The translations under genes and the position numbers were made by a program. A stretch of 58,408 nucleotides of DNA, taken from an uncultured Clostridia bacterium (GTDB lineage Bacteria; Bacillota; Clostridia; TANB77; CAG-508). A model generated the notes under the pieces. It was not told the origin of the DNA and ran no database searches. It worked only from the letters and a program-made list of their open reading frames with translations. The stretch is from NCBI GenBank assembly GCA_944387395.1, contig CALXEU010000038.1, positions 1-58,408 on the forward strand, written 5' to 3'. Numbering within the stretch: position 1 is the first letter of the stretch; every line of letters starts with the position of its first letter. Positions 17,698 to 28,594 of this stretch are shown here, piece by piece.

Positions 17698-19779
17698 ATG
17701 AATTATAAAATGGAAAAAGCAATAAAAGATAGTAAAAAATATTTAATAGTATTTCTAATATTTTGGATCATATTAGAAATACTATTAATTGCGCCTTTAG
17801 CGGTAGCAATAAATAGTACTACAATTAATGGAAAATTTAGTCTTACTAAATTTATACCTATATTCTCAGAAGAGGTTCAAAGCTTCAAATCATTCACGAA
17901 AATATTTGAAGAAGGAACAATATCAATATTTGGAAAATGGTCTTTATACTTAGCAATAGCAATGCTAGTTTGTACGGTAATATTCTTAATAAGATCAAAA
18001 CCTAAACACGAATATACAGATATTGAAAATGGATCAAGTGATTGGAGCAGAGGTGGAGAGCAGTATAGAGTATTAAGCAAGCATAAAGGAATTATACTTT
18101 CAGAAGACAATTACTTACCAGTAGATAAAAGAGGAAATGTAAATGTGCTAATAGTCGGAGGATCTGGTTCTGGTAAATCATCATCATATTCAATTCCAAA
18201 TGCACACCAAATGCTAGGATCTTATGTATTTACAGATCCTAAGGGAGAATTGTATGATAAAACAGCAGGGTACTTAAGAGCACATGGTTATAAAATAAAA
18301 GTATTAAACCTAGTAAACCCAGAAAACAGTGATGGTTACAATCCATTGCTACATATAAAAAATAATATAGATGTAGACGTTATTGCACACACAATTGTAA
18401 AAGGACAAGACGGAGAAGGAAAATCTTCTGATCCATTTTGGGATGATAGTGCAGAAACATTACTTAAAGCTCTTATATATTATTTATTATCAACAAGAGA
18501 GCCTGAAGAACGAAACCTAGCTTCTTGTTCAGAATTGGTAAGAGCTGCAAACTCAAATAATGGTAGTAGTTTATTATCAGAATTAATGCATGAATTACCA
18601 AATAATAGCCCTGCAAGAAAAAACTATAAATCAATAGAAATAGCTTCAGAAAAAACCTTTAGTTCTATACTAAGTACACTACAATCAAAATTATCTAAAT
18701 TTGATTCAAAGGAAATAGCTGAAGTCACATCTACAGATACAATAGATTTCACAGAAATTGCAAACAACAAAACAGCATTATATGTTATATCATCAGATAC
18801 ACATACTGCATACAATTTCTTACTAACAATATTTTTCTCACAATTAATACAACAATTATATGATATAGCAGATAAGAATCCAGGAGGAAAATTAAAAGTT
18901 CCAATATTCTTTATACTAGATGAGTTTGCAAATATAGGACAAATACCTGACTTTGATAAAAAAATATCAACAAGTAGAAGTAGAGGAATATCTTTTAGCG
19001 TTATATTACAGAACTTAGACCAATTAGAAGCTGTATATGAAAAATCATATGAAACAATTATGCGTAACTGTAATACTCTCGTTTTCTTAGGAAGTAACTC
19101 ATTTAAAACAGCAGAATATTTCTCAAAACAATTAGGAGAAAAAACAATATCAAGAGATAGCAAATCGGTAAGTAAGGATAAACAATTTCATACACAGGGA
19201 CATAGTACATCAGACCAAATTATGGGTAGAGCGCTTATGACTCCAGATGAGTTAAGACGAATGCCAGATGATGATTGTATTATATTCGAAAAAGGACTAA
19301 AGCCAATAAAAGCAAAGAAATTCTATTATTTCCTACATAAAAATATGGATGTAGACTTAAGAAGAAATTCAATGAGCCATAATGAATTTGATGCAGGAGT
19401 TAGAGGAGAATGGAGAATATTTGATCCAGCAAATCCTTATAAAGCTAAAAACGATGAACAACCTCAAAACGTTAAAATAGAATCACTTGATGACTTATTT
19501 AACGAGGAACCTACACAAACTTCTAACTTAAATTCAGAACCTAAAAAAGCTGAAATAGATAATATGGTTACAAATAATACGCCAAATGAAGCAGTAAATA
19601 TACCAAGTATTCAGAACGTGGCAAACACAGAAAGTAGAAATTCTAAAATAAGCGAAGCACCTGTTCTTCCAATGGAAGACAATACACCTGAAGACGACTT
19701 ATTTACAAAAGACTTGCAAGAAGAATTAGAAGCAAAATTTGACGAACTATTTGGACCAGTTGATGAAGATTCAAATTAA
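17698..19779 (+). CDS. Type IV secretion coupling protein (VirD4/TraG/TraD family ATPase)
   Basis: N-terminal TM segments, Walker A 'VGGSGSGKSSS', 'FTDPKGEL', 'DPFWDDSAETLLKALI', Walker B 'IFFILDEFANIG', and a long acidic C-terminal tail. Confidence 0.85.
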   Translation: MNYKMEKAIKDSKKYLIVFLIFWIILEILLIAPLAVAINSTTINGKFSLTKFIPIFSEEVQSFKSFTKIFEEGTISIFGKWSLYLAIAMLVCTVIFLIRSKPKHEYTDIENGSSDWSRGGEQYRVLSKHKGIILSEDNYLPVDKRGNVNVLIVGGSGSGKSSSYSIPNAHQMLGSYVFTDPKGELYDKTAGYLRAHGYKIKVLNLVNPENSDGYNPLLHIKNNIDVDVIAHTIVKGQDGEGKSSDPFWDDSAETLLKALIYYLLSTREPEERNLASCSELVRAANSNNGSSLLSELMHELPNNSPARKNYKSIEIASEKTFSSILSTLQSKLSKFDSKEIAEVTSTDTIDFTEIANNKTALYVISSDTHTAYNFLLTIFFSQLIQQLYDIADKNPGGKLKVPIFFILDEFANIGQIPDFDKKISTSRSRGISFSVILQNLDQLEAVYEKSYETIMRNCNTLVFLGSNSFKTAEYFSKQLGEKTISRDSKSVSKDKQFHTQGHSTSDQIMGRALMTPDELRRMPDDDCIIFEKGLKPIKAKKFYYFLHKNMDVDLRRNSMSHNEFDAGVRGEWRIFDPANPYKAKNDEQPQNVKIESLDDLFNEEPTQTSNLNSEPKKAEIDNMVTNNTPNEAVNIPSIQNVANTESRNSKISEAPVLPMEDNTPEDDLFTKDLQEELEAKFDELFGPVDEDSN

Positions 19780-19786
19780 TAAACAA

Positions 19787-19828
19787 AAATAAACTATTGG
19801 AAGATAAAAACCAATAGTTTATTTTTAA
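19787..19828 (+). terminator. Intrinsic terminator after T4CP gene
   Basis: AAATAAACTATTGG-aagataaaaa-CCAATAGTTTATTT followed by TT. Confidence 0.75.
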
Positions 19829-19977
19829 CTTCTATGAAAAAATATTTAATCTCTCATGATTATTGATTTTCTAAAATTGATATGATAAAATTTAGCCATG
19901 ATTTAAGAAAGATTATGACAAACGACAAAAGAATAAAGATTTGAAGATAAATATAATTTTACAAAGAGGAAAAGTTT

Positions 19978-20661
19978 ATGAGAATTTTAGAATTTGTTTT
20001 AAATAATAAAAATTATTTAGAAGATTTAATTACAAGGAGTACTTATCATTCGAATGCTATTGAGGGAAGTACACTTACATATGCTGAAACTTATGCTATT
20101 CTTTATAATGACAATAGTTTTAAAATTGAAGGAAAAGAGCCAAGAGAGATATATGAAGCTATCAATCATAAAAAAGCTTTAGAATTAGTTTTTAAAAACT
20201 TACAAAACAATGAAGAATTTGATGAAAGACTTATAAAAAAAATAAACGAAACCATAAATAGAGATATTAAAGATACAGAAGGTTATAGGACTGTACAAGT
20301 ATTTATTCAAGGTAGTGAGCATATTCCACCAGAGCCTGAAAAAGTACCAAATTTAATGATGTATTATATATATAATTATACTCATGATGAACAAGATATA
20401 TTTGCTAAAATTGCTAAATATCATATTGATTTTGAAAGAATACATCCATTTGAAGACGGAAATGGAAGAACTGGAAGATTACTTTTAAATTATGAGTTAC
20501 TAAAGAATAATCTACCACCTATAGTTATAGCAAAAGAAGATAGGGTAAAGTACTTTGAATTTTTAAGAAATAATGATAGTAGTAGATTTACGGAATGGCT
20601 TAGAGAATTATCTAAAAGAGAATTAGAAAGAATGGAGAAGTTTGGATATAATCAAAAATAA
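19978..20661 (+). CDS. Fic/Fido-domain protein, class II (N-terminal auto-inhibitory helix)
   Basis: Active-site motif 'HPFEDGNGRTGR' (HxFx[DE]GNGRxxR). The N-terminal 'SNAIEG' fits the inhibitory [ST]xxxE[GN] motif. Confidence 0.85.
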   Translation: MRILEFVLNNKNYLEDLITRSTYHSNAIEGSTLTYAETYAILYNDNSFKIEGKEPREIYEAINHKKALELVFKNLQNNEEFDERLIKKINETINRDIKDTEGYRTVQVFIQGSEHIPPEPEKVPNLMMYYIYNYTHDEQDIFAKIAKYHIDFERIHPFEDGNGRTGRLLLNYELLKNNLPPIVIAKEDRVKYFEFLRNNDSSRFTEWLRELSKRELERMEKFGYNQK

Positions 20662-20704
20662 TAAAAACGAAATTATAGAAGATAACAACGAAAGAAGGAT
20701 AAAT

Positions 20705-21823
20705 ATGAAATTTATACACATGGCAGATATGCATTTAGACGGGCAATTTGTAACATTAGCAAATTATTCAAATAAAGCTCAGGAAAGAAGATTAGAACAA
20801 TTAGACGTAATGAAAGAAATTGTGGAATATATAAAAGAAAACAATATTCCATATTTTTTTATAAGTGGAGATTTATATGAGCAAGAATATATAAGAAAAT
20901 CTACAATAGAACATATAAATAACTTATTTAAAACAATTCCAAATACAAAAATTTTTATAACACCTGGAAACCATGATCCATATATTAATAATTCATTTTA
21001 TAAGCAATACAAATGGTCAGAAAATGTGCATATATTTACTGAAAAACTAGAAAAAGTAGAGTGCGGAAATGTAGATATTTATGGATATGGATTTAACGAT
21101 TTTTATATGAAAAACCAATATCCTAATATAAAAATAGACAATCCAGATAAGATAAATATATTAATTACACATGGAAATTTGGATACAGGATTTGATGAAA
21201 ATAAACCATATAATCCAATGACAAGTAGAAACTTAAAAGAGAGTAATTTTGATTATGTTGCACTTGGTCACATACATAAAAAGAGCTACAAGGACTATGA
21301 AAACCAAAGGATTGTATATCCAGGCTCAACAGTTTCATTGGGGTTTGATGAATTAGGAGAAAGAGGAGTTATAGAAGGAGAGATTCTAGAAGATACAAAA
21401 AAAATAACTTTAAATTTTATTAAAACATCTGCAAAAACTTTCGAAGAAATAGAATTTGATGTATCTAGTATAAGTTCTCCAGAAGAATTATTGCAAGCAA
21501 TAAATAATTTAAAACTAGAGAAAAACTACTATAAGATAGTACTAACAGGCAAGAGAAAATTTGATATAGATGAAAATAAAATTCTAGATTTATTAACAAA
21601 TACAAATATAATCAGAATAAAAGATAAAACTGCGATAAAATACGATATCAAAGAAATTGCAAAACAAATAAGCTTGAAAGGATTGTTTGCTAAGAGAATA
21701 CTCGAAAAAATAACAAATCTAGAAGAAAGCAAAATTGAAAATGTGGAAAATAATGAAGAACAAATAAAAGAGCTATTAGAGGCATTTGAAATTGGAATGG
21801 ATGTATTAAATAAAAACAATTAA
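20705..21823 (+). CDS. Mre11/SbcD-type metallophosphoesterase (YhaO-like DNA repair exonuclease)
   Basis: 'FIHMADMHLDG', 'GDLYE', 'GNHDP', 'GHIH'. The conserved start is Met 20705 with a GAAGGA RBS. Confidence 0.8.
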   Translation: MKFIHMADMHLDGQFVTLANYSNKAQERRLEQLDVMKEIVEYIKENNIPYFFISGDLYEQEYIRKSTIEHINNLFKTIPNTKIFITPGNHDPYINNSFYKQYKWSENVHIFTEKLEKVECGNVDIYGYGFNDFYMKNQYPNIKIDNPDKINILITHGNLDTGFDENKPYNPMTSRNLKESNFDYVALGHIHKKSYKDYENQRIVYPGSTVSLGFDELGERGVIEGEILEDTKKITLNFIKTSAKTFEEIEFDVSSISSPEELLQAINNLKLEKNYYKIVLTGKRKFDIDENKILDLLTNTNIIRIKDKTAIKYDIKEIAKQISLKGLFAKRILEKITNLEESKIENVENNEEQIKELLEAFEIGMDVLNKNN

Positions 21824-21842
21824 AATGAGGAGGTGAATTAAT

Positions 21843-23972
21843 TTGAAAATAAGTAATATTAAAATAAATGCCTATGGAAATTTAGAAAATAAGGACATCG
21901 AACTAAAAGACGGACTAAACATAGTCTGTGGTAAAAACGAAAGTGGAAAATCAACACTACTTAGCTATATTACAAGTACATTTTATGGAATATCTAAGCT
22001 AAAAGATGGAAAAACAATATCTGACTATGAAAAATACAAACCATGGAATAATGAAGAATTTTCTGGAAGAATAGGCTATGAATTAGATAATGGAGAAAAG
22101 TATGAGGTTTTTAGGGATTTTAACAAGAAAAATCCAAATATATACAATAGTAATCTAGAAGATATATCAAAAGAATTTAACATAGATAAAAAAGAAGGAA
22201 ATCAATTCTTTGTAGAACAAACAGGAATTGATAAACAAATGTATCTATCTACTGTAGTGTCTATGCAACAAGAGGTAAGACTAGATGAAAAGAGTCAAAA
22301 TATATTAATTCAAAAAATAGCGAACTTGGCAAGTACAGGAGAAGACAGCATTTCATACAAAAAGGCAATTGGAAAATTGCAAGACAAACTAAGAGATGAA
22401 GTTGGAAATACAAAAACAGCCCAAAAGCCTATAAATGTTGTAATACAAGAATTAACAGAAATAAAGAAGCAACTAGAAAAATCAGAACCATACAAAAATA
22501 AGAAGTATGAATTAGAAAATGAAAAAGAGAAAATTTTAAAAGAAATAAATGAAAATGAAGTAAAAAAATGTTTATATGAAGAGTTGCTTGAATTAGATAA
22601 TAACCAAAAAGAGAATATACAAAAAATTAACTTATCTAATTCAAACAAAGAGGAGAATATAAGAAAATTAGGTGAGCTACACAAAGAGAAAAGAATATAC
22701 GAAGAAAGCAAAAATGAATTAGAAAAAAAGATACAAGACATAAAAAATAAAAATGAGGAAGAGCAACTAAAAATAAGAAATATAGAAAATATTAGGCAAG
22801 ATATTGAAAATGAAGAAACAATAAAAGAACAAGAGGTACCAAAACCAAGGTTTAGTAATATGGCTTTTGGAATAGCATCTATAATATTAATTGGCTTAGT
22901 AATAATCTTTTTTAGCACGAAGAATTATATATATGCAGGAATATTTACAATAATAGAAATTATTTTAGCAATAGTCTTTACTGTTTTAAGATTAAAATAT
23001 TCTAAAGAAAGTAATAGAAGAAAATTAGAACAAGCTCAAAAGAAGAAATCTTTGGAATTGAAAAAAGAAGAAATAGAAAAACAAAAGAATGAAATTTTAG
23101 ATAGAATTAAAGAAATAGAGACTGAGCTTGAGAGTTTTATGGTTCAAAAAAATGAATTAATACAAAAGCAATCTATGATTAGAGGACAAGAAATATTACT
23201 GGAAAAAAATAATCAATCAATTATAAATGATATCAACGAGATGGAGAGTAAAATAAATGAAGGATTAAGAGCTCAAAAAGAAATACTTAGAAAAAAGTAC
23301 GAAAATAAAATAGAAGAATATAATTTAGACCAGATAATAAACAGCACAGAAGTAAAACAGGACAACATAAAAGTAGGAGAACTTATAAATGAATTAAAAC
23401 TTAAGCTAAGAGGATTAGAAATAGAAGAAAATACAATAATTCCACAGTTAGATAATATAGTTTCTTTAAAAGAAAAAGAACAATTTTATAATGAAGAATA
23501 TGAGAACTTAAAGAAAAAGGCTGAAATAATTAATATTGCAATAGAGAACTTAGGACAAGCTTATGAAGAAATGAAAACATCAATAACTCCAAAATTTACA
23601 CAAAATTTATCGACTAGTATAGAAAAAATTACGTCATCAAAATATACAAAAGTTACTATAAATGATGAAAAAGGAATGATTGTAGAAAATTCAAGAGGAG
23701 AATATATAGAAGCAGGTAAATTAAGCACAGGAACAATAGACCAATTGTACTTATCTTTAAGACTTTCTATGATAAACGATTTATCTAAGGAAAGCTTGCC
23801 AATAATTCTAGACGAAACATTTGCATATTTTGATGAAAGTAGATTAGAACAAGCATTAAGATTTATAGCTGATAATCTAAAAAATCATCAAGCAATAATA
23901 TTTACCTGTACCAATAGAGAAAAAGAAGCATTAAATAAACTGAATGTGCAATATAATCTTGTTGAATTGTAA
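21843..23972 (+). CDS. Rad50/SbcC-like AAA ATPase with central transmembrane hairpin (YhaN-like)
   Basis: Walker A 'GKNESGKST', long coiled-coil regions, two hydrophobic helices (~aa 340-385), signature 'LSTGTIDQLYLSLRL', Walker B 'PIILDETF'. Confidence 0.8.
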   Translation: MKISNIKINAYGNLENKDIELKDGLNIVCGKNESGKSTLLSYITSTFYGISKLKDGKTISDYEKYKPWNNEEFSGRIGYELDNGEKYEVFRDFNKKNPNIYNSNLEDISKEFNIDKKEGNQFFVEQTGIDKQMYLSTVVSMQQEVRLDEKSQNILIQKIANLASTGEDSISYKKAIGKLQDKLRDEVGNTKTAQKPINVVIQELTEIKKQLEKSEPYKNKKYELENEKEKILKEINENEVKKCLYEELLELDNNQKENIQKINLSNSNKEENIRKLGELHKEKRIYEESKNELEKKIQDIKNKNEEEQLKIRNIENIRQDIENEETIKEQEVPKPRFSNMAFGIASIILIGLVIIFFSTKNYIYAGIFTIIEIILAIVFTVLRLKYSKESNRRKLEQAQKKKSLELKKEEIEKQKNEILDRIKEIETELESFMVQKNELIQKQSMIRGQEILLEKNNQSIINDINEMESKINEGLRAQKEILRKKYENKIEEYNLDQIINSTEVKQDNIKVGELINELKLKLRGLEIEENTIIPQLDNIVSLKEKEQFYNEEYENLKKKAEIINIAIENLGQAYEEMKTSITPKFTQNLSTSIEKITSSKYTKVTINDEKGMIVENSRGEYIEAGKLSTGTIDQLYLSLRLSMINDLSKESLPIILDETFAYFDESRLEQALRFIADNLKNHQAIIFTCTNREKEALNKLNVQYNLVEL

Positions 23973-24077
23973 GAAAATCTAAGTAAGAACCCATATTTAA
24001 CCTATTAATAGGTTGAAATATTACAAAAATTAGTATATAATAAAATAGTTAATATTGGAAAAAGAGGAGAATATTTT

Positions 24078-25142
24078 ATGTTTCAAAGATTAGAGGCAGT
24101 AGAAAAGAGATATGAGGAATTAACGCAAAAGATTGCAGACCCAGATATAATATCAAGAACATCTGAATGGACTGCATATATGAAAGAACATGCAGAAATA
24201 GAAGAAATTGTTTTAAAATATAAGGAATATAAAAAAGTGCAAAACAATTTAAAAGAAGCAGAGGAAATGATTAAAGACCCAGAAATGAAGGCCCTTGCAG
24301 AAGAGGAAATTATCAAGGCAAAGGAAGAATTACCTAAAATAGAAGAAGAATTAAAAATTCTTCTAATACCAAAGGATCCAGACGATGATAAGAATATTAT
24401 ATGCGAAATTAGAGCAGGTGCTGGAGGAGAAGAAGCAGCATTATTTGCAGGTACATTATTTAGAATGTATTCAATGTATGCAGAACACAAACACTGGAAG
24501 ATAGAAATTTTAAGTGAGAACGCGACAGGAATTGGTGGATATAAAGAAATATCTTTTATGGTTACAGGAAAAGGAGCATATAGTAGATTAAAATTCGAAA
24601 GTGGAGTTCATAGAGTTCAAAGAGTTCCAGAAACTGAGGCAAGTGGAAGAATACATACATCAACTGCAACTGTAGCAGTATTACCAGTAGTAGAAGATGT
24701 TCAAATAGAAATAAATCCAGCAGATATTAAATTAGAAGTATTTAGATCATCTGGAGCTGGTGGACAGCACGTAAATAAAACTTCATCAGCAGTAAGATTA
24801 ATACACATTCCAACTGGAATAGTCGCAGAATGCCAAACAGAGCGTTCTCAAACACAAAACAGAGAGTATGCAATGAGATTATTAAAGTCTAGATTATACG
24901 AAATTGAAAAAAATAAACGTGATTCAGAACTTGCAAACGAGCGTAAGAGTCAGGTAGGAAGCGGAGATAGAAGCGAAAAAATTCGTACATATAATTACCC
25001 ACAAGGAAGAATAACAGACCATAGAATAGGATTAAGTATTTATCAAATGGAAGATTTCTTAAATGGAAATTTAGACGAAATGATAGATAATTTAATTGCA
25101 GCAGATAGAGCAGAAAAATTACAAGGTTCGGAAGAAGAATAA
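24078..25142 (+). CDS. prfA: Peptide chain release factor 1
   Basis: '[10 protein letters not shown]' GGQ motif and the 'PET' tripeptide at the RF1 PxT position. Confidence 0.92.
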   Translation: MFQRLEAVEKRYEELTQKIADPDIISRTSEWTAYMKEHAEIEEIVLKYKEYKKVQNNLKEAEEMIKDPEMKALAEEEIIKAKEELPKIEEELKILLIPKDPDDDKNIICEIRAGAGGEEAALFAGTLFRMYSMYAEHKHWKIEILSENATGIGGYKEISFMVTGKGAYSRLKFESGVHRVQRVPETEASGRIHTSTATVAVLPVVEDVQIEINPADIKLEVFRSSGAGGQHVNKTSSAVRLIHIPTGIVAECQTERSQTQNREYAMRLLKSRLYEIEKNKRDSELANERKSQVGSGDRSEKIRTYNYPQGRITDHRIGLSIYQMEDFLNGNLDEMIDNLIAADRAEKLQGSEEE

Positions 25143-25235
25143 AGTAAAAAAATGTTGAATATTGTCGAAAGATGTAGTATTATATTGGTAATAAAATACA
25201 TATAAGTGTATAAATATATAGAAAGGGGGAGCTAT

Positions 25236-25658
25236 ATGTATTCATCATATTATTCAAAAAGTAGTGCATCTAGTAATTTATTTTCATCAGGAAATGCAAT
25301 ATGGATAATTATTTCTGCAGTTGTTGCTATAATTGGAGGAATAGTTTTATACTTTACATTTTTAAGCAAAAAGAATGAAGGAAAATTCACAGGTTTTCTT
25401 GGATGGATGTATGATTTTCTAACATTTAAGAAGATGGTTATAGAAAATATATTAAAAATAGTATATTTAATAGTAGCATCTTTTATAACACTATCTTCAC
25501 TTGCTTTTATATCATCAAGCTTTGTAACATTTTTGCTATACCTAGTACTAGGAAACTTAATAGCAAGAATTTCTTATGAAATATTCTTAGTAATTCTTGT
25601 TATTTGCAAGAATACAACAGAAATTAACCAAAAATTAAATAATAAAGATAAAGAATAA
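25236..25658 (+). CDS. Small membrane protein (DUF4282-like)
   Basis: GGGGGAG RBS before Met 25236 and three hydrophobic helices; assignment is from general resemblance only. Confidence 0.45.
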   Translation: MYSSYYSKSSASSNLFSSGNAIWIIISAVVAIIGGIVLYFTFLSKKNEGKFTGFLGWMYDFLTFKKMVIENILKIVYLIVASFITLSSLAFISSSFVTFLLYLVLGNLIARISYEIFLVILVICKNTTEINQKLNNKDKE

Positions 25659-25759
25659 AGAAAAATCCTATATTAGCATAAGTTAATATAGGATCTTTTT
25701 TACATTATAGGAAATTATATTTTCTATAATGCAAAAGTATATAAAAGATTCCAACGAAT

Positions 25760-26203
25760 CTAGATTTGTTCTAGTAAGTTTGCAAACTTATCATAAAAAT
25801 TTTTATTATATTTCTTTAAATTAATTGGTTTTAATTCTTTATTAGTAAAACAATGTTTTGTCTCGCCTAATAAAACTATATGTTCGGTCTTTTTATCTGT
25901 TACTTTATATCCAACTGTCATTCTTACTCCTGTGAACTCTTTTACAGATAATTGTATTAATATTGTATCATTAAATGTAACATGATACTTATAATCACAA
26001 TTAACTCCAAGTACTGGAATTGTTACTCCATTTTCCTCTAAAGTAGCAAATGGTAATCCTATAAAATCAAGCCAGGCACATCTAGCTTCTTCTAAAAATC
26101 TAATGTAATTTGAATGATGAACTACACCCATTCTATCTGTTTCATAATAGTTAATTTTTCTCTCAAAAGTAAATTCCATATTCTTAAAACCATTCCTTTC
26201 CAA
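25760..26203 (-). CDS. Acyl-CoA thioesterase, 4HBT/YbgC family
   Basis: 'YYETDRMGVVHHSNYIRFLEEAR' is a typical hot-dog thioesterase N-terminal motif. Confidence 0.8.
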   Translation of the reverse strand: MERNGFKNMEFTFERKINYYETDRMGVVHHSNYIRFLEEARCAWLDFIGLPFATLEENGVTIPVLGVNCDYKYHVTFNDTILIQLSVKEFTGVRMTVGYKVTDKKTEHIVLLGETKHCFTNKELKPINLKKYNKNFYDKFANLLEQI

Positions 26204-26379
26204 AATTCGACATCTAAAATATTATATACCCAAGAAATAATTTTGTAAAGAATTGTTAATTGTAAAAGATTACTTAAATTTTTGATTTTTTATGACAAAG
26301 ATATTTTTTTATGATAGTATATAAACGATATAACTTTTTAAGAAATCATAAAAATAGAAAATAAAAGGAGAAAATCTCA

Positions 26380-28590
26380 ATGTTAAAATTAGAAAATGTA
26401 TCAAAATTTTATTATAACAAAGGTATTATAGCCAGTGGATTTACTAAGATAAATTTAGACCTTAAAATTGGAGAATTTGTAGCAATAACAGGAGAATCCG
26501 GAAGCGGAAAAAGTACATTACTAAATGTAATATCTGGATTAGATAGTTATGAAGAAGGAGAAATGTATATAAATGGAGAAGAAACAAGCCATTATACAGA
26601 AAAAGATTTCGAAGACTATAGAAGAAAATATATAGCAAATATATTTCAAAGTTTTAATCTAGTAAATAGTTATACAGTATATCAGAATGTAGAGTTGGTT
26701 CTACTTCTAAACGGGTATAAAAAGAAAGAAGTAAAAAACAAAATATTAGATATTATAGAACAAGTAGGACTTACAAAGTTTAAAAATACTAAAGTTTCAA
26801 AATTATCAGGGGGACAAAAGCAAAGAGTAGCAATTGCAAGAGCAATGGTAAAAGATACCCCGATAATAGTTGCAGATGAGCCAACTGGAAATTTGGATTC
26901 AGAATCTGCAAAAGAAGTTATCGAAATATTAAAAAAAGTTTCAAAAAACAAACTTGTAGTAGTTGTAACACATAACATTGAGCAAATAGAAAACATAGCA
27001 ACAAGAATAATTAAAATGCACGATGGAAGAATTGTTGAAAATGTTGAAGTAAAGAAAATAGAAGAAGAAAAAGAACTGGAAATCTGCAAGTATAACAATA
27101 TGAGTATGTTTAACAAATATAGATTAGGAATTAGAAACACATTTAACATAAAATCAAAATTTTTTCTATTATTTGCTGTATTCTTTTTTATGAGTTCTGC
27201 TATATTAGCCGAATATGCAAGTTTTCAAATGTCTGAAAAAGAATCTGTAGATGAAGGATATAGTATAGCATTTAACGATCTTTCGCCTAATAGATTGTTA
27301 ATTAATAAATATAATAGAAATTCATTTACGACGGAAGACTACGAGAAAATCAAGTTATTATCTAATGTTGATTATATAGTAGAAGATGATTTCTTTATAG
27401 ATAGTGAAATAGCAATTTCAAGAGAAAATATGAGTCTATATGGAACTTTGCAAGATATAGAAACAATAAAAGGAAATATAGATTTAGGAAGAATGCCAGA
27501 AGCAGAAGATGAAATAGTTATAGAAATAAATAAAGAACATTATTATATAACAGACAAACAGGACGAATTACTTAATAAAACATTTTCAATTTTAAAATCA
27601 AGTGGAATGGATAGCTGGACAAATGATAAAGAAAGAGACGTTGTTATAGTTGGCGTAAAATATGCACAAGATAAAAATTCATATAATTGTAAATTCTATG
27701 TATCAAATAATATATTAAGAGAATTAAGAACTAAAATGAATCAGAATTATAGTAATGTTAAATTATTTATGAATAATAAATATCAACAATACACAATAGA
27801 AAAAAGTGATAAAGTTGAAAGCGGAACAGCAATAATTGAAGATGAATTTAAATATGAATTTAAGGACTATAAAGTAAAGAACCAACCGATGACAATATAT
27901 GTAGATAATTTATATTATCAAGATGAATTAAATTTATCAATAATTGGTACATATACGAAATCTAACTTTGAAAGACTAACTGGATTTAATAACTATGATT
28001 CAAATAGGTATAAAATTTTCATAAATACAGACGATTATAATTCTTTGTTTGACAAACCATCATATCAATCTAGTGTATATGTAAAAAATGAAGAAAATAT
28101 AGAACAGACTATACAAGAACTTGAAAATATGGGAATACATGCAAAAAAAGTAACTGATTTTAAGGTTAACCAAGGAGAAATATACCAGAGAATAATAAAA
28201 ATTATAAAAGTTATTGTAACAATTATTCTTATAATTGTATTATTCTTCATTTCATACATGATAATAAAAATTGTTCTAAAATCAAGAAATATTTATTATA
28301 CAACATTAAGAATGTTAGGGGCAACATACAAAAATGTAAGAAGAATATTAGACATAGAATTGTTTGTAAACTCAACATTATCATATGGTATTTTACTGCT
28401 TATTATTTACTGTGCCAAAGCAAATATAATCCCGTTAGAATATATAGTAAAACTTTCAGAATTTTTAAGTTGGAGAGAATATGTACTAATGTATGTAATT
28501 TTAGTTGTAATCGCAAGACTAATTTCAGCAAAATTTGCAAAGAAATTATTTAAGAATACAACAATAAACACATACAATGAGGAGGTCTAG
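26380..28590 (+). CDS. MacB-type fused ABC ATPase + FtsX-family permease (736 aa)
   Basis: Walker A 'GESGSGKST', 'LSGGQKQRVAIARA', 'ADEPTGNLD'. These are followed by TM1, a ~330-aa extracytoplasmic domain and 3 C-terminal TMs. Confidence 0.85.
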   Translation: MLKLENVSKFYYNKGIIASGFTKINLDLKIGEFVAITGESGSGKSTLLNVISGLDSYEEGEMYINGEETSHYTEKDFEDYRRKYIANIFQSFNLVNSYTVYQNVELVLLLNGYKKKEVKNKILDIIEQVGLTKFKNTKVSKLSGGQKQRVAIARAMVKDTPIIVADEPTGNLDSESAKEVIEILKKVSKNKLVVVVTHNIEQIENIATRIIKMHDGRIVENVEVKKIEEEKELEICKYNNMSMFNKYRLGIRNTFNIKSKFFLLFAVFFFMSSAILAEYASFQMSEKESVDEGYSIAFNDLSPNRLLINKYNRNSFTTEDYEKIKLLSNVDYIVEDDFFIDSEIAISRENMSLYGTLQDIETIKGNIDLGRMPEAEDEIVIEINKEHYYITDKQDELLNKTFSILKSSGMDSWTNDKERDVVIVGVKYAQDKNSYNCKFYVSNNILRELRTKMNQNYSNVKLFMNNKYQQYTIEKSDKVESGTAIIEDEFKYEFKDYKVKNQPMTIYVDNLYYQDELNLSIIGTYTKSNFERLTGFNNYDSNRYKIFINTDDYNSLFDKPSYQSSVYVKNEENIEQTIQELENMGIHAKKVTDFKVNQGEIYQRIIKIIKVIVTIILIIVLFFISYMIIKIVLKSRNIYYTTLRMLGATYKNVRRILDIELFVNSTLSYGILLLIIYCAKANIIPLEYIVKLSEFLSWREYVLMYVILVVIARLISAKFAKKLFKNTTINTYNEEV

Positions 28591-28594
28591 TAAT

